64,000 nt of DNA from Patescibacteria group bacterium (lineage in GTDB: Bacteria; Patescibacteriota; Patescibacteriia; Magasanikbacterales; GWA2-37-8). Positions 28,789 through 37,055 of this stretch are shown one piece after another (the first letter of the stretch is position 1; each line of letters begins with the position of its first letter). A program made the position numbers and the translations under genes. The notes under the pieces are model-generated. The model worked only from the letters and a program-made list of their open reading frames with translations, was not told where the DNA came from and made no database searches. The DNA lies in contig JAKLGL010000002.1 in assembly GCA_022710645.1 (NCBI GenBank), positions 142,337-206,336 of the forward strand, in the 5' to 3' direction.

Positions 28789-30177
28789 TCAATATGTTTG
28801 CGAAATTTTTGTTGTCGCTCGATTAATAGCGTTTTCTTGCCACTTTTGCGCATCTTGTTCTCTGTCGGAAACCGGAGTTTTTATCCAATCTTCAAACAAA
28901 AGCCCGAGCGCGGTTTTAGCGGCTTCATAATTATTTCCACGATACCAATTCTCCGCTATTAATAAATCGTTCACAAAAGGCGCTAATTCCGGTTTGCTTT
29001 TTTGTTCTAATAAATAAGCCCTTTTGGCGGTTGGTCTGCCGGTTTGATCAAGATAATCTTTAACATTTAAATTTGCCAAATAATTCAAGAAATTCCAAGC
29101 CAATTCTTGATTTTTTGATTTCCCCACCACACATTGCAAAGAGTAGTTGGCAACATTAACGGGATTTTCGGTGTTGAGTTGAATAAGCGGCAAAATATCA
29201 AAATTTAAATTCGCACCTTGTGATTTTATCAAATTATAATGATAATTATATCCGAAGAAAAATGCCGAACCGCCTTTGATAAATCTGTCTAAAGCTGTTT
29301 CTTGTTCAGCATTCCAAGAATAAGTATCGCGATTAGGATTGGAAAAATCAGTATAAAAATCTAAAACATTACGCAAAGGATTTTCATTTTTAGAACCTGT
29401 CCAAGCAAACCCCTCTTCTCCAAGAGTGATGCCGCTTTGTTTCAAAAGTACATAAAAAATATCATCAAAATTATTGATGTTGGTTGATAATCCTAACGCT
29501 ACTCCGGATTGAGATATTTTTCCCGTATCTTTGTTAAATTTCGTGGTTTTGCGCACCGCATTTTGAAATTCTTCCCAAGTTTTCGGAGGTTCCGGAACCC
29601 CGGATCTATCCAAAATGTCTTTGTTGTAATAAATCACCAAACTATCAAGCGACAAGGGCAAACCATATATTTTTTCATCTAAGACTGCGTCCTTTTTTAC
29701 GGTTTGAAAAAATTCTCTTTCAACATTCAAAACAGAAGGAAGTGTAACCGTCCGCAAATTGATAACCGTTTCCGTGCCGCCGGTTGCGGTTTTTTTTGTT
29801 TCCACAATTGCGTCTTTTATTGTTGACGGCATGGCTGTCAATTTACTTTTATAAAAAGGCAACTGTCGCACAGGTACTGATATCAAGTCCGGTCCCTTAT
29901 CTTCAGCTAAAGCTTCCACCAATTTATCATAAATTTCTTCGGGTTTATATTGACGAACATTTATATTCGCATAAGGACGATAGGCTTGAAATTTTTTAAC
30001 CGCGGCATTTATAGCTCCAACATCATCATAAACAGTCCAATACTCCAAAGTGACTTTTTTTACCGCTGCCGCTTGTTCTTGAGTAACCGTTCCTTTACAG
30101 CCAAAACCGGAAACCAAAAACAAACCCGACAACAAAAGCAAACTCAAAATTTTAAAATTTATTTTGCTGGGAAACAT
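28789..30177 (-). CDS. Extracellular solute-binding protein of an ABC transporter (family 1, sugar type), probably a lipoprotein
   Basis: Signal peptide ending ...LVSGFGC; 462 aa with typical SBP_bac_1 length and composition. The assignment rests on overall resemblance. Confidence 0.55.
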   Translation of the reverse strand: MFPSKINFKILSLLLLSGLFLVSGFGCKGTVTQEQAAAVKKVTLEYWTVYDDVGAINAAVKKFQAYRPYANINVRQYKPEEIYDKLVEALAEDKGPDLISVPVRQLPFYKSKLTAMPSTIKDAIVETKKTATGGTETVINLRTVTLPSVLNVEREFFQTVKKDAVLDEKIYGLPLSLDSLVIYYNKDILDRSGVPEPPKTWEEFQNAVRKTTKFNKDTGKISQSGVALGLSTNINNFDDIFYVLLKQSGITLGEEGFAWTGSKNENPLRNVLDFYTDFSNPNRDTYSWNAEQETALDRFIKGGSAFFFGYNYHYNLIKSQGANLNFDILPLIQLNTENPVNVANYSLQCVVGKSKNQELAWNFLNYLANLNVKDYLDQTGRPTAKRAYLLEQKSKPELAPFVNDLLIAENWYRGNNYEAAKTALGLLFEDWIKTPVSDREQDAQKWQENAINRATTKISQTY

Positions 30178-30204
30178 AATTTAGAAAATTCAAAGTATCA
30201 AATA

Positions 30205-31074
30205 TTATTTGATTATCTTTTTAAGGTATTTTTTAAATTCTTTGCGTAATTTTTTATCGCGTAAAGCAAAATCTACATTAGCTTTCAAATAACCGAGTTT
30301 GCTGCCAGTATCATAATAAGTACCGTTTATCAATTTGGCGTAAATAGGTCTTTTTTTGAGTAATTTGAAAATAGCATCAACCAACCACAATTCTCCGCCT
30401 TTGCCTAATTTGGTATTTTCCAATGCTTCAAAGATGTCTGGCGTCAAAATAAAACCGCCCAAAGAAGCCAAATTTGAAGGGGCATTTTGGGGCCCCGGTT
30501 TTTCAACTATATTTTTTACTTGATAAATCTCTTTTTCCACCGTCAAAGCGTCCAAAATACCGTATTTACCGGTATCTTTTTTTTCAACTTTATAAGCAGT
30601 CAAAACCGGGTCACCATATTTTTCATAAACCTCTATCAATTGTTTTAATTGGGATTTCCCGGAAGTATAAAAAAATTCATCCCCCCACATCACGGCAAAA
30701 GGTTCGTCTCCGATAATATTCTTGGCGCACAAAATCGGAGTACCGTTTCCGTAAGGTCCTTTTTGACGAATAAAAATAAAATTTGCCAAATCCGCTATTT
30801 TTTTCACATCTTGCGCAACATCGTCTTTTTTTTGTTTTTTCAACCAATTAATCAACTCATAATTCGGACTAAAATGATCTTCCACCGCTCTTTTGCTCGG
30901 GCCGGTAATGAAAATAATATCCGTAATTCCGGCTCTTACAGCATCTTCCACCACATATTGAATAATAGGTTTATCAACCACCGGCAACATTTCTTTTGGT
31001 TGAGCCTTGGTGGCCGGTAAAAATCTCGTTCCTAAACCCGCAACCGGGATAACCAATTTCTTGATACTTCCCAT
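30205..31074 (-). CDS. galU: UTP--glucose-1-phosphate uridylyltransferase
   Basis: KKLVIPVAGLGTRFLPATKAQPKEMLPVVDKPIIQYVVEDAVRAGI. Confidence 0.9.
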   Translation of the reverse strand: MGSIKKLVIPVAGLGTRFLPATKAQPKEMLPVVDKPIIQYVVEDAVRAGITDIIFITGPSKRAVEDHFSPNYELINWLKKQKKDDVAQDVKKIADLANFIFIRQKGPYGNGTPILCAKNIIGDEPFAVMWGDEFFYTSGKSQLKQLIEVYEKYGDPVLTAYKVEKKDTGKYGILDALTVEKEIYQVKNIVEKPGPQNAPSNLASLGGFILTPDIFEALENTKLGKGGELWLVDAIFKLLKKRPIYAKLINGTYYDTGSKLGYLKANVDFALRDKKLRKEFKKYLKKIIK

Positions 31075-31159
31075 AAAAATAGTTATTTATAGCAAAATAA
31101 ATGTCTGTTTTTTGACCTTTTTATTATAACATTATCTTTTTCTTTCCGCAAACTGTTTT

Positions 31160-32629
31160 TTATTTGATTTCCTGCCATTCTATAAGCGCGTAATTGGCGC
31201 TGACCGGAGAAGAAGGAGGGGGGTTGAAAAGAGAATAAACATTAAACGTAGTTTCCGTATTTTCAAATCCACTAACTACATCTCCTTGATTGTTAACCCA
31301 AGTAAACGTCCAGATTTTATAAGAAATAACCGAACCGTTAACTCGAATGGTATCCAAAATCAGATATGGACTAACCCCATCATAATAATCATAACGTTGA
31401 ATAGCGCCTCCTTGAGCTATCATGGAAGCGTTTATTTCCAAAGTTGAGCTGACTTTATAAGGAATCAACACATTATTTTTGGCAGTTAATCCCAAAATAT
31501 TATCTTCGCTTTTAGTCGGATAAACCAAGTTTCCTTTTATGATAATATCAAGAGCAGAACCGACAACAACACTTCCTTTGGATACACCCTCCACCCACAC
31601 GTTTTTTTCCGAATAAATATACGCTATTTCCCGAGTTGTTGTTGTCAAATAAAGTGTTTCACTGCTAATATCCACGCAACAATCAGAAGCAGCGGGTTTT
31701 TTATGATCAGTATTATAACAATTACGACATTTGAAATTACCGCAATAATTACTGGAATGCTTATTGGTTGAACAATTATCTCCTTCGCAAGTGTTTACTT
31801 TGTAAATTTTGGCTTGCATTACCGTATTACCGCTTTGTGAAGTGGTGGAAAAAATTATATGCCATCCGCGATTTGGCGAACCATCCAAATAAATACCGGA
31901 ATTTATAGCCGTAGTTCTTATTTCATCCAATTTATTATTTATCAAATCAAAATCTTTAAAAGAAGAAGGATAAACAAAAAATACTTCCGGACCGCCTATG
32001 CCCCAAACCCCGCCTTTGTGCGGGCTCCCCGAACACCCGGGATTATTGGGCGGACAATAATAACCTTCGAGCATACTGCTGACAATCGCATCTGTTTCCC
32101 CATCAAATCTCACCGGACCGTTACTGTGCATTTTTCCATGAACTATTTCATTGGGACCTATCCAAATATCGGCATTGGTCAAAAAAGAATAATCTGTCAG
32201 AGAAGGTTTACCAACTCTGGCTTTTATAGTACGATCGCTTCCCGGCTGGACATTCAACCAACCTGTTGATTTAATAGCGCAAACCGTCGAACCGGTTCGC
32301 GGCGGAGTTAAATCAAGTGAAAATTTACCGATATTATTTTTATTTTTATCAAAATAATCATGAATATAAGGGCCAGACGTCGCCGTTCCGTCTTGAAAAT
32401 CACTTTCATCTTCAAAAATATGCCAACGATAATAAGCTATCCCGGCATCAGCTATCTGAAAAGCCATTTCTTTATTATGTTTGGCCATCGCCAATTTGTT
32501 TTGATACAAAGCATAACCGGATAAACCGGTAACCACCAAAGAAAAACTTATCGCGCCCAAAATCAAGACGGTAATCAAAGCTCCACCGCGATTATTCAAC
32601 CAGATATTTTTTATTTTATTTTTTTTCAC
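31160..32629 (-). CDS. Large pilus-associated protein with a PilX-N-like N-terminal transmembrane segment
   Basis: N-terminus ...NNRGGALITVLILGAISFSLVVTGLSGYALYQ; 489 aa, Cys-rich in the middle. Confidence 0.5.
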   Translation of the reverse strand: MKKNKIKNIWLNNRGGALITVLILGAISFSLVVTGLSGYALYQNKLAMAKHNKEMAFQIADAGIAYYRWHIFEDESDFQDGTATSGPYIHDYFDKNKNNIGKFSLDLTPPRTGSTVCAIKSTGWLNVQPGSDRTIKARVGKPSLTDYSFLTNADIWIGPNEIVHGKMHSNGPVRFDGETDAIVSSMLEGYYCPPNNPGCSGSPHKGGVWGIGGPEVFFVYPSSFKDFDLINNKLDEIRTTAINSGIYLDGSPNRGWHIIFSTTSQSGNTVMQAKIYKVNTCEGDNCSTNKHSSNYCGNFKCRNCYNTDHKKPAASDCCVDISSETLYLTTTTREIAYIYSEKNVWVEGVSKGSVVVGSALDIIIKGNLVYPTKSEDNILGLTAKNNVLIPYKVSSTLEINASMIAQGGAIQRYDYYDGVSPYLILDTIRVNGSVISYKIWTFTWVNNQGDVVSGFENTETTFNVYSLFNPPPSSPVSANYALIEWQEIK

Positions 32630-32643
32630 ACTTTATAAAATTT

Positions 32644-33261
32644 CTAATTTGTTTTTAAATTTCGCAATTGCGCTTTGGATTGAATCTCAAAAATCGAAGA
32701 TCCGGATAAAGAATTTTGTTTTACTCGCAAAGAAATTCCAACCACTCTGATTTCCGGTAAAAATATCGGATAGCTCATGCTGGATGTCACGGTAGCGCCG
32801 TTATAGTTTTCATCATAATAAGTGAAGACGGTACCAACCGGAGTTTGTAGATTATAGACAATTTCAGACACTTCTTCGGTGCTGGTGCTGTATTCATAAA
32901 GCAAAGTACCGGTCGGCTTGGTTATGCCTTTTTTAAAAGTATCACCATCAACAAAATATCTCACTCTTTCCATCAAACTATCGGAGTCGATATTGGCGTA
33001 AAAAATTATTTCGGTAGTACTTGCCAAAGCCAAAGGATAGCCGCCAACCGTGGAATAATTGGTCGTGCGTATTTCATCTACAAAAGTTTGAATGGCTTTG
33101 GAGGTCAAAGATTGAACAAAACTGCTTTCCCATACGTTCTTGTCGGCTTTGGAACTGATACTATAAAGAGTAAATACTCCGAAAATAACCGCCAAAAAAA
33201 TACTGAAGGCAAACAGCAGTTCCAATAAGGTTAAACCTTTTTTGTCCAATTTTTTTTTCAT
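32644..33261 (-). CDS. Type IV pilin-like protein with a prepilin N-terminal methylation motif
   Basis: KKGLTLLELLFAFSIFLAVIFGV, i.e. the G|(F/L)TLxE class III signal. Confidence 0.7.
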   Translation of the reverse strand: MKKKLDKKGLTLLELLFAFSIFLAVIFGVFTLYSISSKADKNVWESSFVQSLTSKAIQTFVDEIRTTNYSTVGGYPLALASTTEIIFYANIDSDSLMERVRYFVDGDTFKKGITKPTGTLLYEYSTSTEEVSEIVYNLQTPVGTVFTYYDENYNGATVTSSMSYPIFLPEIRVVGISLRVKQNSLSGSSIFEIQSKAQLRNLKTN

Positions 33262-33263
33262 AA

Positions 33264-35120
33264 TTACAACGACAAAAGATTTACGACTTCATGAGAAGTA
33301 GTGGGGATTTCAACCGAAGTTGTTACCATTTGATATCCATCTTTGCTTATTTCCAAAAAGTATTCCCCGACAGACAAAGAACCAAAAAATACCTGTCCGG
33401 GAGGAACACAATCATTGGTGTAAGTGAAAAAGACATCGTCAACTTCGGGCGTAAAAGTGGTACTGGCGGTAGCCAAACAAATTTTATAACGCAAATATCT
33501 CTGGTCGTTATGTGCCGAATTTACAGCCGTTTCTTCAAAAGAATACCAAGTACTTTCAGTGGCGTCCGGACCCCAAAAATCCCAACTGCTCGGTGTAGAA
33601 GTATCACTGGTGGCTATCTGCATTCTTATCGAACCTGTGCCGACTTCAACCGGTTGAGAATACGGCTCGCTAAAAATATTACGGAAAGTAACCGTCTCGC
33701 CGACATCAAAAATCGACGACATTAGACATCCATCTTCATAATAATCACCTCCGATTTGTTTCAATTTTATTTTTCCAGCCTCACTGACATCAACTCTATT
33801 ATCATCACTAAAATATTTTGTTTCGTCATCCATTGTTTCTTGCCCCGATCCTCCGGACCAATCTGTTTGTCTGCCATAACCTAGCCCTGTTTGATACGTA
33901 TTACTATAACCGGTGGTAGTAGAAAAAAGTTTCACGGTAGCGTCGGAAATAGGCATACCGGTAATATTATCTTTGACACTCACCAATAAAGGATAATTTG
34001 TATGCGGTCGCAAAATCAAAGTCAAAACTTGAGTTTCTCCGGCATTCAAATTCAAAGACAACATCGGGATAGAACCTCCGAGATAATAACTTGTTCCGGT
34101 CGGAGCAAAATAATATTCATCCCATTCTATATTATTAAAATTTAACTCTCCGCTACCGTTCGTATTACTAGTCACATCAAATCTTAGTAGTTCAGGCAAG
34201 CCGAGTAATTTTTTCCCATAAACTCGCAAACTAGCATTGCCTATGTTTGAACAAACACTATTTAAAGTTTTTATCTGCAAATTAGAAAAATAATCAATGG
34301 AAAAACTGAGGTCAGCAACTTTGTTTTCCAAAACTGTGGCAAACGGTTTAACCGGAGTCGGGTTGGTAACGGTACTGGAGGCAGTGGCATCGGTCGTAAA
34401 ACCGTCTTTGGTTACGGTAATATCATACAAAAAAGTTCCCGTTGGCACATTGATAATATACAAATGTCCGTTATTATCAGTCACGTCGTCTTTGTATGAA
34501 GAAGAATTGAAAACTTCTATATGAACATTCGCTTGAGGTACCGGACGACCCAGAGAATCCACCACTTCAATAAACAAAGCCCCTAAGTTACTATCGTCTT
34601 CTTTGATATTCGGACCGACTATAGTGCTCAAAATCAGAGGAGTAGTTTGATTGGTTGATAGACAATATATTTCCATCTCTACCAACTTATAATCAGCCGG
34701 GGAATAATCGCGAGGAGTGGAAGTAATAGTCCCGTCAAAAGGATCGTCTATAAACCTGACCGTATTTACAATCTTAAAATATAAATTATGTCTGGTGAGA
34801 TATTTGGTCGGCAACAAAATTCCCGGAACATCAAAAGCATTTTGCAAACCGATCTGATTGTAAGGTAAGTTACGAGCAACTTCCAATTCTTCGCTCAATA
34901 TAGCTGTCTCCAAAGTTTTTATTTTTGCCAAACGAACCACTTTATAGATGGAAACCAAAGTTGAATAAATACCAACGGCAAAAATAGCCAATATGGCTAT
35001 GGCAATAAGAAGTTCTATCAAAGTGAACCCCCGCTTGTTAAACAAGCTCACACCAAAATTTGGTGTGAGGTTAACACCTTTTTTGTTTATTCTCCTTAAC
35101 ATGGAGATATTATAACACAA
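33264..35120 (-). CDS. Giant (about 600 aa) type IV pilin-like protein
   Basis: KRGFTLIELLIAIAILAIFAVGIYS prepilin motif followed by a long beta-rich extracellular region; the start could be a few codons further downstream. Confidence 0.7.
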   Translation of the reverse strand: MCYNISMLRRINKKGVNLTPNFGVSLFNKRGFTLIELLIAIAILAIFAVGIYSTLVSIYKVVRLAKIKTLETAILSEELEVARNLPYNQIGLQNAFDVPGILLPTKYLTRHNLYFKIVNTVRFIDDPFDGTITSTPRDYSPADYKLVEMEIYCLSTNQTTPLILSTIVGPNIKEDDSNLGALFIEVVDSLGRPVPQANVHIEVFNSSSYKDDVTDNNGHLYIINVPTGTFLYDITVTKDGFTTDATASSTVTNPTPVKPFATVLENKVADLSFSIDYFSNLQIKTLNSVCSNIGNASLRVYGKKLLGLPELLRFDVTSNTNGSGELNFNNIEWDEYYFAPTGTSYYLGGSIPMLSLNLNAGETQVLTLILRPHTNYPLLVSVKDNITGMPISDATVKLFSTTTGYSNTYQTGLGYGRQTDWSGGSGQETMDDETKYFSDDNRVDVSEAGKIKLKQIGGDYYEDGCLMSSIFDVGETVTFRNIFSEPYSQPVEVGTGSIRMQIATSDTSTPSSWDFWGPDATESTWYSFEETAVNSAHNDQRYLRYKICLATASTTFTPEVDDVFFTYTNDCVPPGQVFFGSLSVGEYFLEISKDGYQMVTTSVEIPTTSHEVVNLLSL

Positions 35121-35160
35121 AATAAAAAATAGCTAAACAGTTAAGTTAGCTATTTTCTAG

Positions 35161-35178
35161 GTGCCCGGGGCGGGAATC
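35161..35178. repeat. Direct copy of the tRNA-Leu(TAA) 3' end: 18 bp, GTGCCCGGGGCGGGAATC
   Basis: Identical to 35347-35364, the tRNA acceptor and T-arm 3' strand. It bounds a 168-bp module at 35179-35346. Confidence 0.7.
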
Positions 35179-35346
35179 TGCTTTACCTCTCGTTTGTTTC
35201 CACAAACTCGGGCTAGCCACCGCCTCGCGATTTTATTCGCTCACAAGCTCATAAAATATCGCTCCGGCGTTCTCATCCCGACACGAGCAAAACTATTTGC
35301 TCGTTCCCCAGACAAAATAACACAGACCAAAAGGTCTGTGTTATTT
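35179..35346 (-). mobile_element. tRNA-linked non-coding module (hairpin, box1, box2) shared with the tRNA-Ala locus; a candidate miniature integrative element or tRNA-associated small RNA
   Basis: Box1 GGGATGAGAACGCCGGAGCGAT lies at 35258-35279 on the minus strand and is identical to 63770-63791. Box2 CGCGAGGCGGTGGCTAG matches 63821-63837 at 16 of 17 positions. Confidence 0.5.
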
Positions 35347-35347
35347 G

Positions 35348-35429
35348 TGCCCGGGGCGGGAATCGAACCCGCACGACCGAAGCCGCAGGATTTTAAGTCC
35401 TGTGCGTCTACCAATTCCGCCACCCGGGC
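35348..35429 (-). tRNA. tRNA-Leu, anticodon TAA
   Basis: GCCCGGGTGGCGGAATTGGTAGACGCACAGGACTTAAAATCCTGCGGCTTCGGTCGTGCGGGTTCGATTCCCGCCCCGGGCA. The listed + ORF 35161..35451 is spurious. Confidence 0.85.
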
Positions 35430-35545
35430 TTTGGGAAAAATTATAACATAAAAAATAAATAAATCAATAGTCTATAATAAAAGCTCCGGTATATCCAGAG
35501 CTTTTATTTTACAAAACTTCTGATTTTTCGAAAAAATCTATTCTT

Positions 35546-35959
35546 TTAAAACTGACTCATCGGATTATATCCTTTTTTTAACAAATTCTGAATAGGAACG
35601 AAAAGAGGTTGAGGTAATTGACTCCACAAAAACCATTCCCACTTTTCACATTTTTCAGGCTCCATAATTTTTACTTCGCCGGAATCATATTCGGACAACA
35701 TAATTATTGTAATGTAATGTTTTTCTTCTGCCTGAAAAATATCGTTAGTTGCAGTACCGAAGCGAATATTTTTTATTTTAATACCAGTTTCTTCCATTGT
35801 TTCTCTTGAAGCACATTCCTCCCATGATTCATTGAATTCCAAATGTCCGCCCGGAAAACTCCAAGAACCTTCTCCGTGCGAATTTTTTCTTTTTCCGAGG
35901 AGGACTTTACCGTCTCTAATAACAATTACTCCAACCCCGACTTTTGGTCTTTCACTCAT
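35546..35959 (-). CDS. NUDIX hydrolase
   Basis: GGHLEFNESWEECASRETMEETGI, the Nudix box GX5EX7REUXEEXGU. Confidence 0.85.
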   Translation of the reverse strand: MSERPKVGVGVIVIRDGKVLLGKRKNSHGEGSWSFPGGHLEFNESWEECASRETMEETGIKIKNIRFGTATNDIFQAEEKHYITIIMLSEYDSGEVKIMEPEKCEKWEWFLWSQLPQPLFVPIQNLLKKGYNPMSQF

Positions 35960-35997
35960 AAATATAGTCTTAAAAAATTATTTATTCTATACTCTTT

Positions 35998-36960
35998 CTA
36001 TTTTCTATATTTCTCCCCATAAAACTGCGGTAATTGACACTGCACAAAACTAACACAATCATTGGGTTTTTTAATATCCACCGCATTAATACATTTGATT
36101 ATCTCTTTTGTCCAAGTCGGACATTCTTCCATGCAAGTATTATAAGCATCTTCCAAATCAGTCGGAGTTACGTCTTCGGTATAAGAAGCGCAATCTTTGT
36201 ATCTTTGACAAGCATCACTACATTTATCGGAAATCACTTTTTTCTTTTCTTCATCCGCACACATGGTTTTTAACTCTTGTAAAATATTTTTTATTTTTTC
36301 TTCCAATTCTGCCATTTTTATAATTGGCTCATCCGGATCTACGATATCCAAATCATCAATTTCTGGTAATTCGGGAATATAATTATCCGGAGTTAAATCT
36401 GGCACTTCTGATCCTGGACGTCCGGTATTTAATTCCGGTAATTCTGGAACATATTCAACCGGATTCCCAGAATCATCCACTACTTGTACATCCACTTCCG
36501 GCAAAGGCGGGACATCTGAAGACAATTCAGGTACTTCTGAACCAAGCACTTTTATATCCTCCGAATCAATATCTGGCAAAGATGGGACATCTGACGTTAG
36601 TTCAGGAACTTCCGAACCCGGTCGTCCCTCATTTTCAGTTTTCAAATCATCCAAATCCACATCTGGTAATTTAGGCACATTATTTAGCCATTCTTTTTTA
36701 CGATCAAGCAAATCATCTAACTCTTTTTCCATTGCCTCAATCTTTTTATTATTATCTTTTTTATTATCGCAAGTATCACCCATGAACATCCGCATATGTT
36801 CTACCCTGGACAATAAATCCTCTTGATCCGCCACTATTTTTTCCGGAGTATCAGATTGTTTTTGTTTGGAATCAAGCAAATTGTCTACGAGAAAAAAACC
36901 GGCTGTACCCAAAACGACTGCCGATAAAGCACCAAGAATAATTTTTGTTATTGTGGTCAT
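35998..36960 (-). CDS. Membrane-anchored acidic repeat protein with a Cys-rich C-terminal domain
   Basis: N-terminal transmembrane segment; tandem GSEVPEL(T/S)SDVP(S/P)LP(D/E)(I/V)D repeats; C-terminus with 11 Cys (CSDACQRYKDCASY...CMEECPTW...CINAV...CVSFVQC). Confidence 0.6.
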   Translation of the reverse strand: MTTITKIILGALSAVVLGTAGFFLVDNLLDSKQKQSDTPEKIVADQEDLLSRVEHMRMFMGDTCDNKKDNNKKIEAMEKELDDLLDRKKEWLNNVPKLPDVDLDDLKTENEGRPGSEVPELTSDVPSLPDIDSEDIKVLGSEVPELSSDVPPLPEVDVQVVDDSGNPVEYVPELPELNTGRPGSEVPDLTPDNYIPELPEIDDLDIVDPDEPIIKMAELEEKIKNILQELKTMCADEEKKKVISDKCSDACQRYKDCASYTEDVTPTDLEDAYNTCMEECPTWTKEIIKCINAVDIKKPNDCVSFVQCQLPQFYGEKYRK

Positions 36961-37055
36961 AATACAATTGTGCGATTAGAAAACTTTTACATTATGTAAT
37001 ATACTTTTTCAAATTATTGATCAGGGTTCTTTATTTGTTTTGATTTTAAAACTTC

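Noticed and set aside
35161-35451. + ORF of 96 aa and - ORF 35241..35423
   Set aside because: They cover tRNA-Leu(TAA) and its trailer module, so they are not coding.
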